Shown here piece by piece: positions 20,096-29,115 of a stretch of 64,000 bases of DNA. The notes below the pieces were generated by a model. It was not told where the DNA came from. It made no database searches and worked only from the letters and a program-made list of their open reading frames with translations. The position numbers and the translations under genes were made by a program. The stretch is from the NCBI GenBank assembly GCA_963666515.2, contig OY762897.2:4032001-4096000 (forward strand). The letters are read 5' to 3'. The first letter of the stretch is position 1, and each line of letters begins with the position of its first letter. The stretch is from Candidatus Binatia bacterium. Its GTDB lineage: Bacteria > Desulfobacterota > Binatia > UBA9968 > JAJDTQ01.

Positions 20096-20236
20096 GGCAG
20101 CGGGGTAGTATAGGTCAGGGCTCCCGGCCGTGGCAAACTTGCCGCGCCGACGGCGTCGCTGGCCGGCGTACCGGACGACGCGCAAAGCCCGACGGGCGAG
20201 CGGCAGGCACAGACGGCAACGAGCGGGGGGAGTATC

Positions 20237-20611
20237 GTGGCACAGACGGGTCTGATAGGCATCGTACTCGTATCCGTGGCGCTCAACGCCTTGGCGCAGG
20301 TCGGCCTGCGCGCCGGCATGAAGGCGGTGGGGTTCGATCTCAGCGTCCGATGGGCGGGCCAACTGCTCACGTCATGGCCGTTCCTGGCGGGCATGGGCTG
20401 TTACGCGGTCAGCATCTTCGTCTGGCTCTACGTGCTGTCACGGCTGCAGGTTTCGCTCGCCTATCCGTTCCAGGCCGCCGGCTACATTCTGGGCGCCGTG
20501 GTCGCGTGGATGTTGCTGGGCGAAGTGGTGCGGCCGGTCAACATGCTGGGATTGGTGCTGATCTTCCTCGGCCTGGTGTGCCTGTCGTTGGGTATCGCAA
20601 ACGATGGATGA
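20237..20611 (+). CDS. Small multidrug resistance / ArnE-ArnF-like 4-TM transporter (possible flippase)
   Basis: 124 aa. WLYVLSRLQVSLAYP and LLGE motifs. Confidence 0.8.
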   Translation: MAQTGLIGIVLVSVALNALAQVGLRAGMKAVGFDLSVRWAGQLLTSWPFLAGMGCYAVSIFVWLYVLSRLQVSLAYPFQAAGYILGAVVAWMLLGEVVRPVNMLGLVLIFLGLVCLSLGIANDG

Positions 20612-21620
20612 CGCGTTCGTGGTGTTCGGCGGGGCCGGTTTCGTCGGCCGGGCGCTGGTTGACCGGCTGCGGGCGGCCGGGGCGCCCGTGGTCGTGGTGG
20701 ATCACGAGGCGCACGCCGGACGGTCCCAGGGCAATGCCTTTCTTCAGGCCGACGTTTCCGACCCGCACCGGGTGGCGGCGCTGGCCGATCGGTTGCCGGA
20801 GGGGGCCGTCTTCGTGAATCTCGCGGCGCGGCAGTATCATTCCGGCGTTCCGCGCGCGGGAAGGCAGGCATGGTTCAACGCGGTCAACCTCGATGGCGCT
20901 TGCCACGTCGCCGATCTGGCCGTCAGGAAACGCGCGGCCGGCCTGGTGCAGTTCTCTTCGGACATGGTCTACGGCACGCCCTTGGAAGTGCCGGTGACGG
21001 AGAGCCACCCGCGGCGGCCCAACGGGGAGTACGGACGGTCCAAGAAACGGATGGAAGCGGCGCTGGCGGGGAAGGCCGCGGCGGCCGGGCTCAGGCTCAC
21101 GATCTTCCGCCCGCGCCTCATCGCCGGGCCCGGCCGGCTCGGCGTCTTCGCCAGGTTGTTCAGGCTCGTGCGCCGTCACCTGCCGGTGCCGCTGATCGGC
21201 TCTGGACGGAATCGATACCAGATGGTATCCGCTCAGGACTGCGCCCGCGCCGTGCTGCTGGCGCACGAGAGCCGGTTTCCGGAAGGGAGCTTCAACCTGG
21301 GTTCGGAACCCGGCGCCACGGTCAGGCAGTTGATGCACGATCTCGTGCGCCACGCCGGCTCCCGTTCGCCGGTCCTGCCGGCCCCGGCCCGGCCGGTGCG
21401 CCTTGCGCTCGCCGGCCTGGCGCTGGTGGGCATCGAGCCACTCTACCGGGAGCAGTACCTGATCGCCGACAAGGACTTCGTCGTGGATACGACCCGTGCT
21501 CGGGAAGTTCTCGGATGGCGGTCGAGCGAGGGCGACCGGGACATGCTCCTCGCCGCCTATGACCACTGGCTTCGGAGTCGGGCCGGACCCGGTGAGGCGG
21601 ACGTGAAGAGCGGGACGTGA
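20604..21620 (+). CDS. NAD-dependent epimerase/dehydratase (extended SDR)
   Basis: GGAGFVG, FSSDMVYG and YGRSK (YxxxK). Confidence 0.9.
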   Translation: MDDAFVVFGGAGFVGRALVDRLRAAGAPVVVVDHEAHAGRSQGNAFLQADVSDPHRVAALADRLPEGAVFVNLAARQYHSGVPRAGRQAWFNAVNLDGACHVADLAVRKRAAGLVQFSSDMVYGTPLEVPVTESHPRRPNGEYGRSKKRMEAALAGKAAAAGLRLTIFRPRLIAGPGRLGVFARLFRLVRRHLPVPLIGSGRNRYQMVSAQDCARAVLLAHESRFPEGSFNLGSEPGATVRQLMHDLVRHAGSRSPVLPAPARPVRLALAGLALVGIEPLYREQYLIADKDFVVDTTRAREVLGWRSSEGDRDMLLAAYDHWLRSRAGPGEADVKSGT

Positions 21621-22519
21621 CACGGACGAAGAACGACAGCGCGGCCGGCGGGCCGCTCGATCATTTCCGGGCGCTGCGCCCGCACCAGTGGATCAAGAAC
21701 GCGCTCGTGTTCGTTCCCCTCGTTGCCGCGCACGAGACCGGCGCCGGACCCTGGATGGCGGCGGCCGGGCTGTTCGCGGCGCTGTCGGCCTGCGCGTCGG
21801 GCACGTACGTGTTCAACGACCTGCTCGACCTCCCGTACGACCGCGCGCACCCGGGCAAGCGCCACCGTCCGATGGCGGCCGGCAAGACGCCGCTGCCGCG
21901 GATGGCCGGCATCGGCGCGGCCCTTGTGGCCGGCGGGCTCGTCCTGGCGTGGTGGGTCTCGCCGGCGGCGGCGCCGTACCTCCTTCTCTACGTGGTGATG
22001 ACGTGCGCCTACTCGTTGTGGCTCAAGCGCGGGGTGTTCCTGGACGTGATCGCACTCGCCCTGCTCTACGGGATTCGCGTCCTCGCCGGCGCGGCCGCGG
22101 CGTCCATCACGCCGTCTCCCTGGCTGCTCGCGTTCTCGCTGTTCATCTTTCTCGCTCTGGCCATCGTCAAGCGGCAGACGGAGCTGGGGCAAGGAAGCGG
22201 GTCCGGCCGCCCCGCGGCCGCCGGGCGCGCCTACCTCGTCGAGGATCTTCCGGTCATGGCGGCGCTCGGCGCCGCCAGCAGCTTCGCCTCGGTGGTGGTG
22301 CTCACCCTCTACATCCAGAGCCCGGTGGTGAACGGGCGTTATGACCGGCCGGAACTGCTGTGGCTCATCTGCCCCTTGCTGGTCTACTGGCTGGGGCGCA
22401 TGACGCTGCTCGCCAATCGTGGGGTCGTGGACGACGACCCGGTGGTGTTCGCGATGCGCGACCGGGCGAGCTGGTTGACCGGCGCCGCCATCCTGGCGGT
22501 GTTCGCCGGCGCGCTGTGA
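21617..22519 (+). CDS. UbiA family prenyltransferase, decaprenyl-phosphate phosphoribosyltransferase-like
   Basis: LRPHQWIKNALVFVP, YVFNDLLD...DRAHPGKRHRP, YSLWLK, KRQTE and DDDPVVFAMRD. Confidence 0.85.
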   Translation: MTRTKNDSAAGGPLDHFRALRPHQWIKNALVFVPLVAAHETGAGPWMAAAGLFAALSACASGTYVFNDLLDLPYDRAHPGKRHRPMAAGKTPLPRMAGIGAALVAGGLVLAWWVSPAAAPYLLLYVVMTCAYSLWLKRGVFLDVIALALLYGIRVLAGAAAASITPSPWLLAFSLFIFLALAIVKRQTELGQGSGSGRPAAAGRAYLVEDLPVMAALGAASSFASVVVLTLYIQSPVVNGRYDRPELLWLICPLLVYWLGRMTLLANRGVVDDDPVVFAMRDRASWLTGAAILAVFAGAL

Positions 22520-22535
22520 CGGGAGGAGGAGAGCC

Positions 22536-24308
22536 GTGCGCAGCGTGAGAAAACTGTTGGAACGGGCGCGGGCCGGACCTTGCGCGGCGGCGGCGTGGGG
22601 CGTCTTCCTCGTCGCTGCGTACGTCAGCCTGGTGAACCTGGACTACGCGGGATTCTGGTCCGACGAGGTGCTGGTCGCCTCTCCCGCCAGGAACCTGCTG
22701 GAAACAGGAGACATCGTGGGTTGGGACGGCCGCAACCTCATAGCCGGGCCCAACGGAGTGCATCTGAACGAGGACCTCCGCGACGTCGGGCCGCCGCTGC
22801 AGTACCTCCTCACCGCCGCGGGGTTCGCCCTCTTCGGCGTCGGCGAAGCCGGCGCCCGGATCTTTCACGCGCTTGCCGGACTGCTTGCGCTGGGATTCTT
22901 CTGGCTCGTTCTGCGCCAGCACCTGCCGGAGAACCCGCGCTTGAGGTTGTTCATCTTCCTGTTCGGCGCCTGGTCGGCGCAACTGCTCATGTATTTCCGC
23001 CATGCCCGCTATTACGGCGTCGCGGTCCTGTGCATGATGGCCATGTTCTACTGCTACGAACGCTATTGGCGAAGCCGGGAGACCGCACAGCTCGCGGCGG
23101 TGACCGTGATCGCGGCGCTGGCGTTCTTTAATCACTACGCTGCCGGGACCGCGACCATGCTTTCGCTCGGCGTCTGGCATCTGCTGTTTCGCGCCCGCGA
23201 GACCACACGGCGGCAGTGGCTGGCTTTTGCGGCTTGCGGCGCCTCGGTGGGAGCGCTCGGTTTGACGTATCTCCTCTTCATCGGGTTGGTCGGCGGCGGC
23301 CGGGACCCGACCGCGTCGTTCCTCACCGCGGATTTCGGAGAGTACGAGGGCGCAGTGCCCCTGTCGCTGCTCAAGATCTGGATTTGCGTGCGCGATCTGT
23401 TCGCCGCGGACTGGATATCGTGGCCGGTGTTCCTGTGGTTCGCCGGCATGTTGCTCCTCTCATGGCGAAGGCGGCGCCACGGATCGCCCCGGCAAGCGGG
23501 ACGGGCGAAGCGGGGGCAACGCGAACAGCCTGCCCGGACGGAACCGGGCGGTGACGGCCTGCCGTGGACTCCGGTGAGCCGAATCGTGCTCCTGGGCGCG
23601 TTGTTCGCGGTGATTTCCGCGCCGTTGTCGGTGCAGCCGGTGTGGCTGCCCGGGACGTCGCTCGACTTGCGATACTACGTCCCGGCGCTGCCGCTGCTGC
23701 TCGCGATGAAGGGGTTGTTTGCCGAGTGGACGTGGAGGAAGTCGAAGATCGCGGGCGGCGTGGTCGGCGCCGTCCTGCTGTTTACCAGCGCCGGCGCCGC
23801 TCCTTTCAACATCCGGTCGGTATTCACCGGCAAGCCCACGCTCGACTCCCATCCGTACCGGTTCGTGCGGGAAATCCACCGGCCTTACCGCGATGCCGTC
23901 CAGGTCGTTTCCGGCTACTTTCTGCGGCATGCCGGCCAGGACGATCTCGTGTACGTCCATCAGCGCCCTTTCTTCCGCGACGAGCTGACGTTCTACCTCA
24001 CCCGCCGCGTAAGGTTCTGTGGCGTACTCAACGAGAATTCGGTCCTGCCGCGCGACAAGCTCGAATCCATGGGTGTGCCGCCGCACATCTGGGGATGCTC
24101 ACCCGACTGGATTGTCGTTCCCGGGCCGGTGCAACGGGCGTTGTGGGAGCGAATCAAGCCGCAATACGATCTCGCCACGCTGCTGGACGTGTACCACGTC
24201 ACCACCCAGAGGGCGGAACTCAACCGGCACGAGTTCGAGCCTCTGCCCGCGCGGGGCGGCGTGCACGTCTTTCGCCGCAAGCCGCGGCCGGAACGGCGTG
24301 GGAACTGA
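22536..24308 (+). CDS. GT-C type membrane glycosyltransferase (ArnT/PMT-like)
   Basis: 590 aa. FWSDE motif after the first TM, PPLQY, ARYY, multiple TM segments and a soluble C-terminal domain. Confidence 0.75.
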   Translation: MRSVRKLLERARAGPCAAAAWGVFLVAAYVSLVNLDYAGFWSDEVLVASPARNLLETGDIVGWDGRNLIAGPNGVHLNEDLRDVGPPLQYLLTAAGFALFGVGEAGARIFHALAGLLALGFFWLVLRQHLPENPRLRLFIFLFGAWSAQLLMYFRHARYYGVAVLCMMAMFYCYERYWRSRETAQLAAVTVIAALAFFNHYAAGTATMLSLGVWHLLFRARETTRRQWLAFAACGASVGALGLTYLLFIGLVGGGRDPTASFLTADFGEYEGAVPLSLLKIWICVRDLFAADWISWPVFLWFAGMLLLSWRRRRHGSPRQAGRAKRGQREQPARTEPGGDGLPWTPVSRIVLLGALFAVISAPLSVQPVWLPGTSLDLRYYVPALPLLLAMKGLFAEWTWRKSKIAGGVVGAVLLFTSAGAAPFNIRSVFTGKPTLDSHPYRFVREIHRPYRDAVQVVSGYFLRHAGQDDLVYVHQRPFFRDELTFYLTRRVRFCGVLNENSVLPRDKLESMGVPPHIWGCSPDWIVVPGPVQRALWERIKPQYDLATLLDVYHVTTQRAELNRHEFEPLPARGGVHVFRRKPRPERRGN

Positions 24309-24319
24309 CGGAAGAGCTT

Positions 24320-25429
24320 TCAGGCGGCGCGGGACGACAGCCGCGCGTAGCGCTTGCGGTGCCGGGCGGCGTTGCCGTGCTGGCCCGCGAGCGACATGGC
24401 CCGCCGCAGGTAGAGGCTTGCGTCGTACTCGTCGGTGAAGCCGATGGCGCCGTGCATCTGCACCATGGACTTGGTCACGGAAAGCACCGCGTCCGAGGCC
24501 CGTGCCTTCACCGCGGCCACCATGGCGCGGTTGCCGCGCCCCTCGTCCATGGCCGCGCATACCTGGTAGAGCAGCGAGCGCGTCAGCTCGATGTCGACAT
24601 GGTCGTTCACCGCGCGGTGCTGCAGCGCCTGAAAGGAGCCGATGGGCCGGCCGAACTGCTCCCGCGTTCCGAGGTAGTCCACGGCCAGCGCCAACCCCTG
24701 CTCCATGACGCCCAGCATCTCGGCCGAGGTCCCCAGCAGCACCAAGTCCAGGGTGGCGGCGGCGACCTCCGCGCCCTGCGCGCCGTCCGCGATCACCTGA
24801 TCCGCGGACACGTGGACGTCCGACAGGGCCAGCGTCCCATGCTCCGTGCCGTCCACGCGGCCGCTTGGCGCGATTTCCAGACCGGCAGCGTCGCGCGGCA
24901 CCACGCACACCACCGTGCCGTCGCCGCCACGGGCGTCGACGATGAACCCCGAAGCCGCGGCCGCGCCGGGAACCGCGGCGGTGCGCCCAGTGAGCCGGAA
25001 GCCGCTGGACGCGGGCGCGGCCTGGACCCGGGCGCCGGCCGGGTCCTCGGCGACCGGGTCGTGCAGCGCCGGCAGGATGATGGAGCGGCCGCTCATGAGC
25101 CCCTCCAGAGTCTCGCCCATGGCCTCGGGTCCCGAAGCCACGACCCGGGCCGCGGCCATCAGCGAGGCAACGGGTTCGGTCACGAGCCCCCGGCCGGCCG
25201 CTTCCAGCACCAGCGCTGCCTCGGTGGCGCCCAGGCCTAGTCCGTCCCGCTCTTCGGGCGCCAGCAACGACAGCCAGCCGGCCTCCGCCACCACCGCGAG
25301 CCGGGCCGGGTCGAAGCCGTGCTCCGTGGTCCGCAACTCCCGGAAGCGCGCCGGGCCGGCGTGCCTTTCGATGAGCTTGTCGGCGCTCTCCCGAAGGATC
25401 GTCCGCGCCTCATCCAGGACGAGTTCCAT
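24320..25429 (-). CDS. Acyl-CoA dehydrogenase family protein (degenerate / partner-subunit type)
   Basis: REQFGRPIGSFQALQH and QMHGAIGFT motifs. Start at ATG 25429 overlaps the upstream TGA. Confidence 0.88.
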   Translation of the reverse strand: MELVLDEARTILRESADKLIERHAGPARFRELRTTEHGFDPARLAVVAEAGWLSLLAPEERDGLGLGATEAALVLEAAGRGLVTEPVASLMAAARVVASGPEAMGETLEGLMSGRSIILPALHDPVAEDPAGARVQAAPASSGFRLTGRTAAVPGAAAASGFIVDARGGDGTVVCVVPRDAAGLEIAPSGRVDGTEHGTLALSDVHVSADQVIADGAQGAEVAAATLDLVLLGTSAEMLGVMEQGLALAVDYLGTREQFGRPIGSFQALQHRAVNDHVDIELTRSLLYQVCAAMDEGRGNRAMVAAVKARASDAVLSVTKSMVQMHGAIGFTDEYDASLYLRRAMSLAGQHGNAARHRKRYARLSSRAA

Positions 25430-25962
25430 CAGGACATGAACTCGTGGATCGACATCATCAAGACGAGCGCCGTAAACCCGGCCCCGACCATCCACTGGAT
25501 CAGGCTGAAGCGTTTGTCCATGTGCTGGACCATGTCGTTGAACCGTTTGTCGGATGCCTCGAATCGCTTGTCCACGGCTTCGAACCGGTTGTCCATGTGC
25601 CGGACCAAGTCGTCGAACCGTTTGTCGGATGCCTCGAATCGTCGGTCTACGGCCTCGAATCGCTTGTCCATGTACCGGATCATGTCGTCGAATCGCCGGT
25701 CGAATGCCTCGAATCGTTCGTCGACGGCCTCGAATCGTCTATCCACGGCTTCGAAGCGCCGGTCCACGGCCTCGAAGCGCGCCACCATGAGTTCTCCCTG
25801 GGCCTTGAGCTGTTCCTCCACCCGGGTCATGCGCTCCAGGAGTTGCGGCCCGACGAAGACCTGCGGCGCCACCTCGGTGAGCCAACGGCTCAAGTTGCTA
25901 CGCACGTAGTCGCCGACACGCTGTAGATCCTGATCGTTCAATCCTGCCGCCGAGCCACTCAT
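25429..25962 (-). CDS. Membrane-anchored coiled-coil repeat protein (DUF1640/CCDC90-like architecture)
   Basis: 177 aa from ATG 25962 (GAGGAG RBS). RFEAVDR-type repeats and a C-terminal hydrophobic helix. Confidence 0.8.
   Translation of the reverse strand: MSGSAAGLNDQDLQRVGDYVRSNLSRWLTEVAPQVFVGPQLLERMTRVEEQLKAQGELMVARFEAVDRRFEAVDRRFEAVDERFEAFDRRFDDMIRYMDKRFEAVDRRFEASDKRFDDLVRHMDNRFEAVDKRFEASDKRFNDMVQHMDKRFSLIQWMVGAGFTALVLMMSIHEFMS
25507..25779 (-). repeat. Intragenic tandem repeats of 21 bp and 33 bp
   Basis: Encodes a 7-7-7-7-11-7-7-11-7-7-11 residue pattern (RFEAVDR / RFDDMIRYMDK). Confidence 0.9.
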
Positions 25963-26132
25963 GGTCCACTCCTCGTCCGGTCCCACGATACGGGGAATCC
26001 CAGTCCATTTCAATCTCCTACTATAATATCTTCGGCACGACCGGGCCGGACTTTAGGGAAACTCCGATTATTTGCCATCGTGGATACGGGCTCATCTCGC
26101 GGGCCCCGGCCGTATCTGGTAGGTTGCGCGTC

Positions 26133-27293
26133 ATGAGCACCATCAGCTTCATCGCGGACACCAGGGAGGACGCGGCGTTTCGGCTGGAGGTCCGAAGCTG
26201 GCTGGAGGAGAACCTGCCGCCGGAGTTGAAGGGCTGGTCCACGCGACCGCCGCCGGAGATGATCCGGCCGTGGCAGCGAAAGCTCTACGACCGCGGCTGG
26301 ATCGCGCCCAACTGGCCGAAGCAGTACGGCGGCATGGAGGCGACCCTCAACCAGCAGTTGATCCTGCAGGAGGAGTTCGGCCGCGCGGAGGCGCCGGTGC
26401 TGTCGCGGCAGGCGGTGGGGCACATCGGGCCGATCCTGATACGGCACGGCACCGAGGAGCAGAAGGCCGAGCACCTGCCCAAAATGCTCTCCGGCGAGGT
26501 GCTGTGGGCCCAGGGCTATTCCGAGCCGGGTTCGGGGTCCGATCTGGCGAGCCTGCGCACCCGCGGCGAGATCGACGGCGACGAACTGGTCATCAACGGC
26601 CACAAGATCTGGACCACCGGCGGCCACTACGCCGACTGGATGTACGCCCTGATCCGTACCGACCCGGACGCTCCGCGCAAGCAGTTGGGCATCTCCATGG
26701 TGCTCATCGACCTCAAGACGCCGGGGATCACCATACGCCCCATCAAGACCCTGGCCGACGACACGGAGTTCGCCGAGGAGTTCTTCGACGACGTGCGCGT
26801 GCCGCTCTCCAACGCGGTGGGGAAACTGAACGACGGCTGGCGCGTGGCCAAGGCGCTGCTGGATTCGGAACGGCTCGGCAACGCCAACCCGCAACTGGCC
26901 CTGGACATGCTGGAGCGGGTGCGCAAGGTAGCGCGCGCCACCGGCGCCTTCGACGACCCCGTGTTCCAGGACAAGCTGACGCAGGCAGAGTTGGACGTGC
27001 TGGCGCAGTCCGCGGTGTTCGCCCACGCCGTGCAGATCGCCCGGGCCGGCAAGGAAATCGGCGCGGACTCGTCCTTCATCAAGATCGTGTCCACCGACAT
27101 CGTGCAGCGCATCGCCGACCTGCTGCTGGAGGCGTCCGGCGAGCACGCCGCGGAGATTGGCCCGCTGGAGACACCGGACGGGCCGGTGGACGTCTCGGTG
27201 CTGTGGCGAGAGGTCCGGCGCATCTCCATCTACGCCGGCACCAGCGAGATCCAGCGCAACGTCACCGCCAAGCGGGTGCTGGGGCTGCCGTAG
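26133..27293 (+). CDS. Acyl-CoA dehydrogenase family protein
   Basis: WAQGYSEPGSGSDLASL, NGHKIWTT, FFDDVRVP and SIYAGTSEIQRN. Confidence 0.93.
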   Translation: MSTISFIADTREDAAFRLEVRSWLEENLPPELKGWSTRPPPEMIRPWQRKLYDRGWIAPNWPKQYGGMEATLNQQLILQEEFGRAEAPVLSRQAVGHIGPILIRHGTEEQKAEHLPKMLSGEVLWAQGYSEPGSGSDLASLRTRGEIDGDELVINGHKIWTTGGHYADWMYALIRTDPDAPRKQLGISMVLIDLKTPGITIRPIKTLADDTEFAEEFFDDVRVPLSNAVGKLNDGWRVAKALLDSERLGNANPQLALDMLERVRKVARATGAFDDPVFQDKLTQAELDVLAQSAVFAHAVQIARAGKEIGADSSFIKIVSTDIVQRIADLLLEASGEHAAEIGPLETPDGPVDVSVLWREVRRISIYAGTSEIQRNVTAKRVLGLP

Positions 27294-27315
27294 GAGCCTG
27301 TTCGAGTGAGGCAAC

Positions 27316-28224
27316 ATGCCCGAGTTGCCGGACGTCGAGCTGTATATCCACGCCCTGGAGCCACGGGTCGTCGGCGAGACCCTCGAAAAGGTCCGTCTCA
27401 CGAGCCCGTTCCTGCTCCGGTCCGTGGAACCGCCCATAGACCAGGCGGAGAACCGTCAGATACTGGGGCTGCGCCGGCTCGGCAAGCGCATCGTCTTCGA
27501 GCTGGAGGGCGATATCTTCCTGGTTTTCCACCTGATGATCGCCGGGCGGTTCCGATGGCGTCCCCGCGGGGCGCGCATCCCCGGCAAGCTGGGGCTGGTG
27601 GCCTTCGACCTCTCCTCGGGCACCCTGCTCCTCACCGAAGCCGCGTCCATGAAACGCGCTTCGTTGCATGTCGTGAGCGGCGCCGTGAACCTGGGGCAGC
27701 ATAACCCCGGCGGCATCGAGGTGCTGGAATGCGGCCTGGACGATTTCCGGTGCGCGCTGGCGAGGGAGAACCACACGCTCAAGCGTTCTCTCACCGACCC
27801 CCGGCTGTTCAGCGGCATCGGCAACGCCTACTCTGACGAGATCCTCCACCGTGCCCGCCTGTCGCCCATGAAGCAGACGCGCCACCTCGATGACGCGGAG
27901 ATCGAAACGCTCTACGGTGCGGTCCGGGAAGTGCTCCAGGAGTGGTGCCGCAGGCTCATCGAGGAGACCGGCGACGGCTTCCCCGAGAAGGTCACGGCCT
28001 TCCGCCCGGGCATGGCCGTGCATGGGCGCTACCGGGAGCCGTGTCCAGACTGCGGCTCCCGCGTGCAGCGCATCCGCTACGCGGCCAACGAGTGCAACTA
28101 CTGCGCGAGGTGCCAGACCGGCGGACGCCTTCTGGCCGACCGCTCGCTGTCGCGTCTGATGAAAAAGGATTGGCCTCGGACGCTGGAGGAGCTGGAGGAA
28201 ATCAGGACGGAACGGAGCCTTTGA
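27316..28224 (+). CDS. Fpg/Nei family DNA glycosylase
   Basis: N-terminal PELPDVE, HLMIAG, H2TH motif GIGNAYSDEIL and zinc finger CPDC...CARC. Confidence 0.92.
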   Translation: MPELPDVELYIHALEPRVVGETLEKVRLTSPFLLRSVEPPIDQAENRQILGLRRLGKRIVFELEGDIFLVFHLMIAGRFRWRPRGARIPGKLGLVAFDLSSGTLLLTEAASMKRASLHVVSGAVNLGQHNPGGIEVLECGLDDFRCALARENHTLKRSLTDPRLFSGIGNAYSDEILHRARLSPMKQTRHLDDAEIETLYGAVREVLQEWCRRLIEETGDGFPEKVTAFRPGMAVHGRYREPCPDCGSRVQRIRYAANECNYCARCQTGGRLLADRSLSRLMKKDWPRTLEELEEIRTERSL

Positions 28225-28237
28225 CGGAGGCGCGAAC

Positions 28238-29002
28238 TTACCCCTGTTCCTGCCGTCGCTTCTCCTCGGCGATCTCCCAGCCGCCCTGCGTGTACCATCC
28301 CACCTGCCGGAAGAGTCCGCTCAGGATCTTCACGTCGCGTTCCTCGAGGCCGGCGCGGCCCAGGACCCGGCGCAGGGCCAGCAAGATGTGCTCGGGGTTC
28401 TGCGGGTCGAGGAAGCCCACCTTGAGGAGGGTCTCCTTCATGCGGTCGAACAGGGCTTCGACCGCTTCCGCGGGGGCGCGCTTGATGCGATCTTCCTGCG
28501 GCGGGCCGAGGACCGCTGCCAGGTAGACTTCGTAGAGGCACACCATCACGGCCTGCGCGAGGTTCAGGGACGGCTGGTCCGGGTGGCTCGGGATGGTGAC
28601 GAGGCGCTGGCAGTACTTGAGGTCGGCGTTGCTGAGGCCGTGATCCTCGGGGCCGAACACCAGCGCCGCTGGCCTGGCGTCATCGGCCCGGACGGCCGCC
28701 ACCAGGTCTTGAGCGGCCTCGCGCGGCAGCTCGACGTGGTCGCGGTACAGGCCCTTGCGGCAGGTGGTCCCCACCACCAGGCCGCAGTCCGCGACCGCCT
28801 CCCGTATGGTCTCGAACCGCCGTGCGCCGTCAAGGATATCCCGGGCGTGAACCGCCATGGAACGTGCCGACAGGCTCTCGGTGCGTCCGCCGCCCACCAG
28901 CGCCATGTCGCTGAGGCCGGTGTTCTTCATGGCCCGGGCCACGGAGCCGATGTTGCCGGACCCCTTGGGCCGCACCAGCACCACGCGAATCTTCTTGAGC
29001 AT
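28238..29002 (-). CDS. trmJ: TrmJ/LasT family SPOUT tRNA methyltransferase
   Basis: GNIGSVARAMKN, LVFGPEDHGL and SLNLAQAV. Start at ATG 29002. Confidence 0.85.
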   Translation of the reverse strand: MLKKIRVVLVRPKGSGNIGSVARAMKNTGLSDMALVGGGRTESLSARSMAVHARDILDGARRFETIREAVADCGLVVGTTCRKGLYRDHVELPREAAQDLVAAVRADDARPAALVFGPEDHGLSNADLKYCQRLVTIPSHPDQPSLNLAQAVMVCLYEVYLAAVLGPPQEDRIKRAPAEAVEALFDRMKETLLKVGFLDPQNPEHILLALRRVLGRAGLEERDVKILSGLFRQVGWYTQGGWEIAEEKRRQEQG

Positions 29003-29115
29003 TTCGGTCAAGGCAGGACCGGACACCGTCGTGGCCACAGCCGGCGGCTTGAAGGAAAGTGTATCGTATGTTCTATTATTGCCATGGAAATCGAGAATGG
29101 AAATAGGAGGCAACG

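Noticed and set aside
17024-20113. 1029-aa plus-strand ORF
   Set aside because: It is antisense to the deacetylase and acyl-CoA ligase genes and has no motifs. This is a shadow ORF of high-GC codon usage.
25507-25779. Possible CRISPR array
   Set aside because: The repeats are in-frame, vary at synonymous positions, have no unique spacers, and there are no cas genes.
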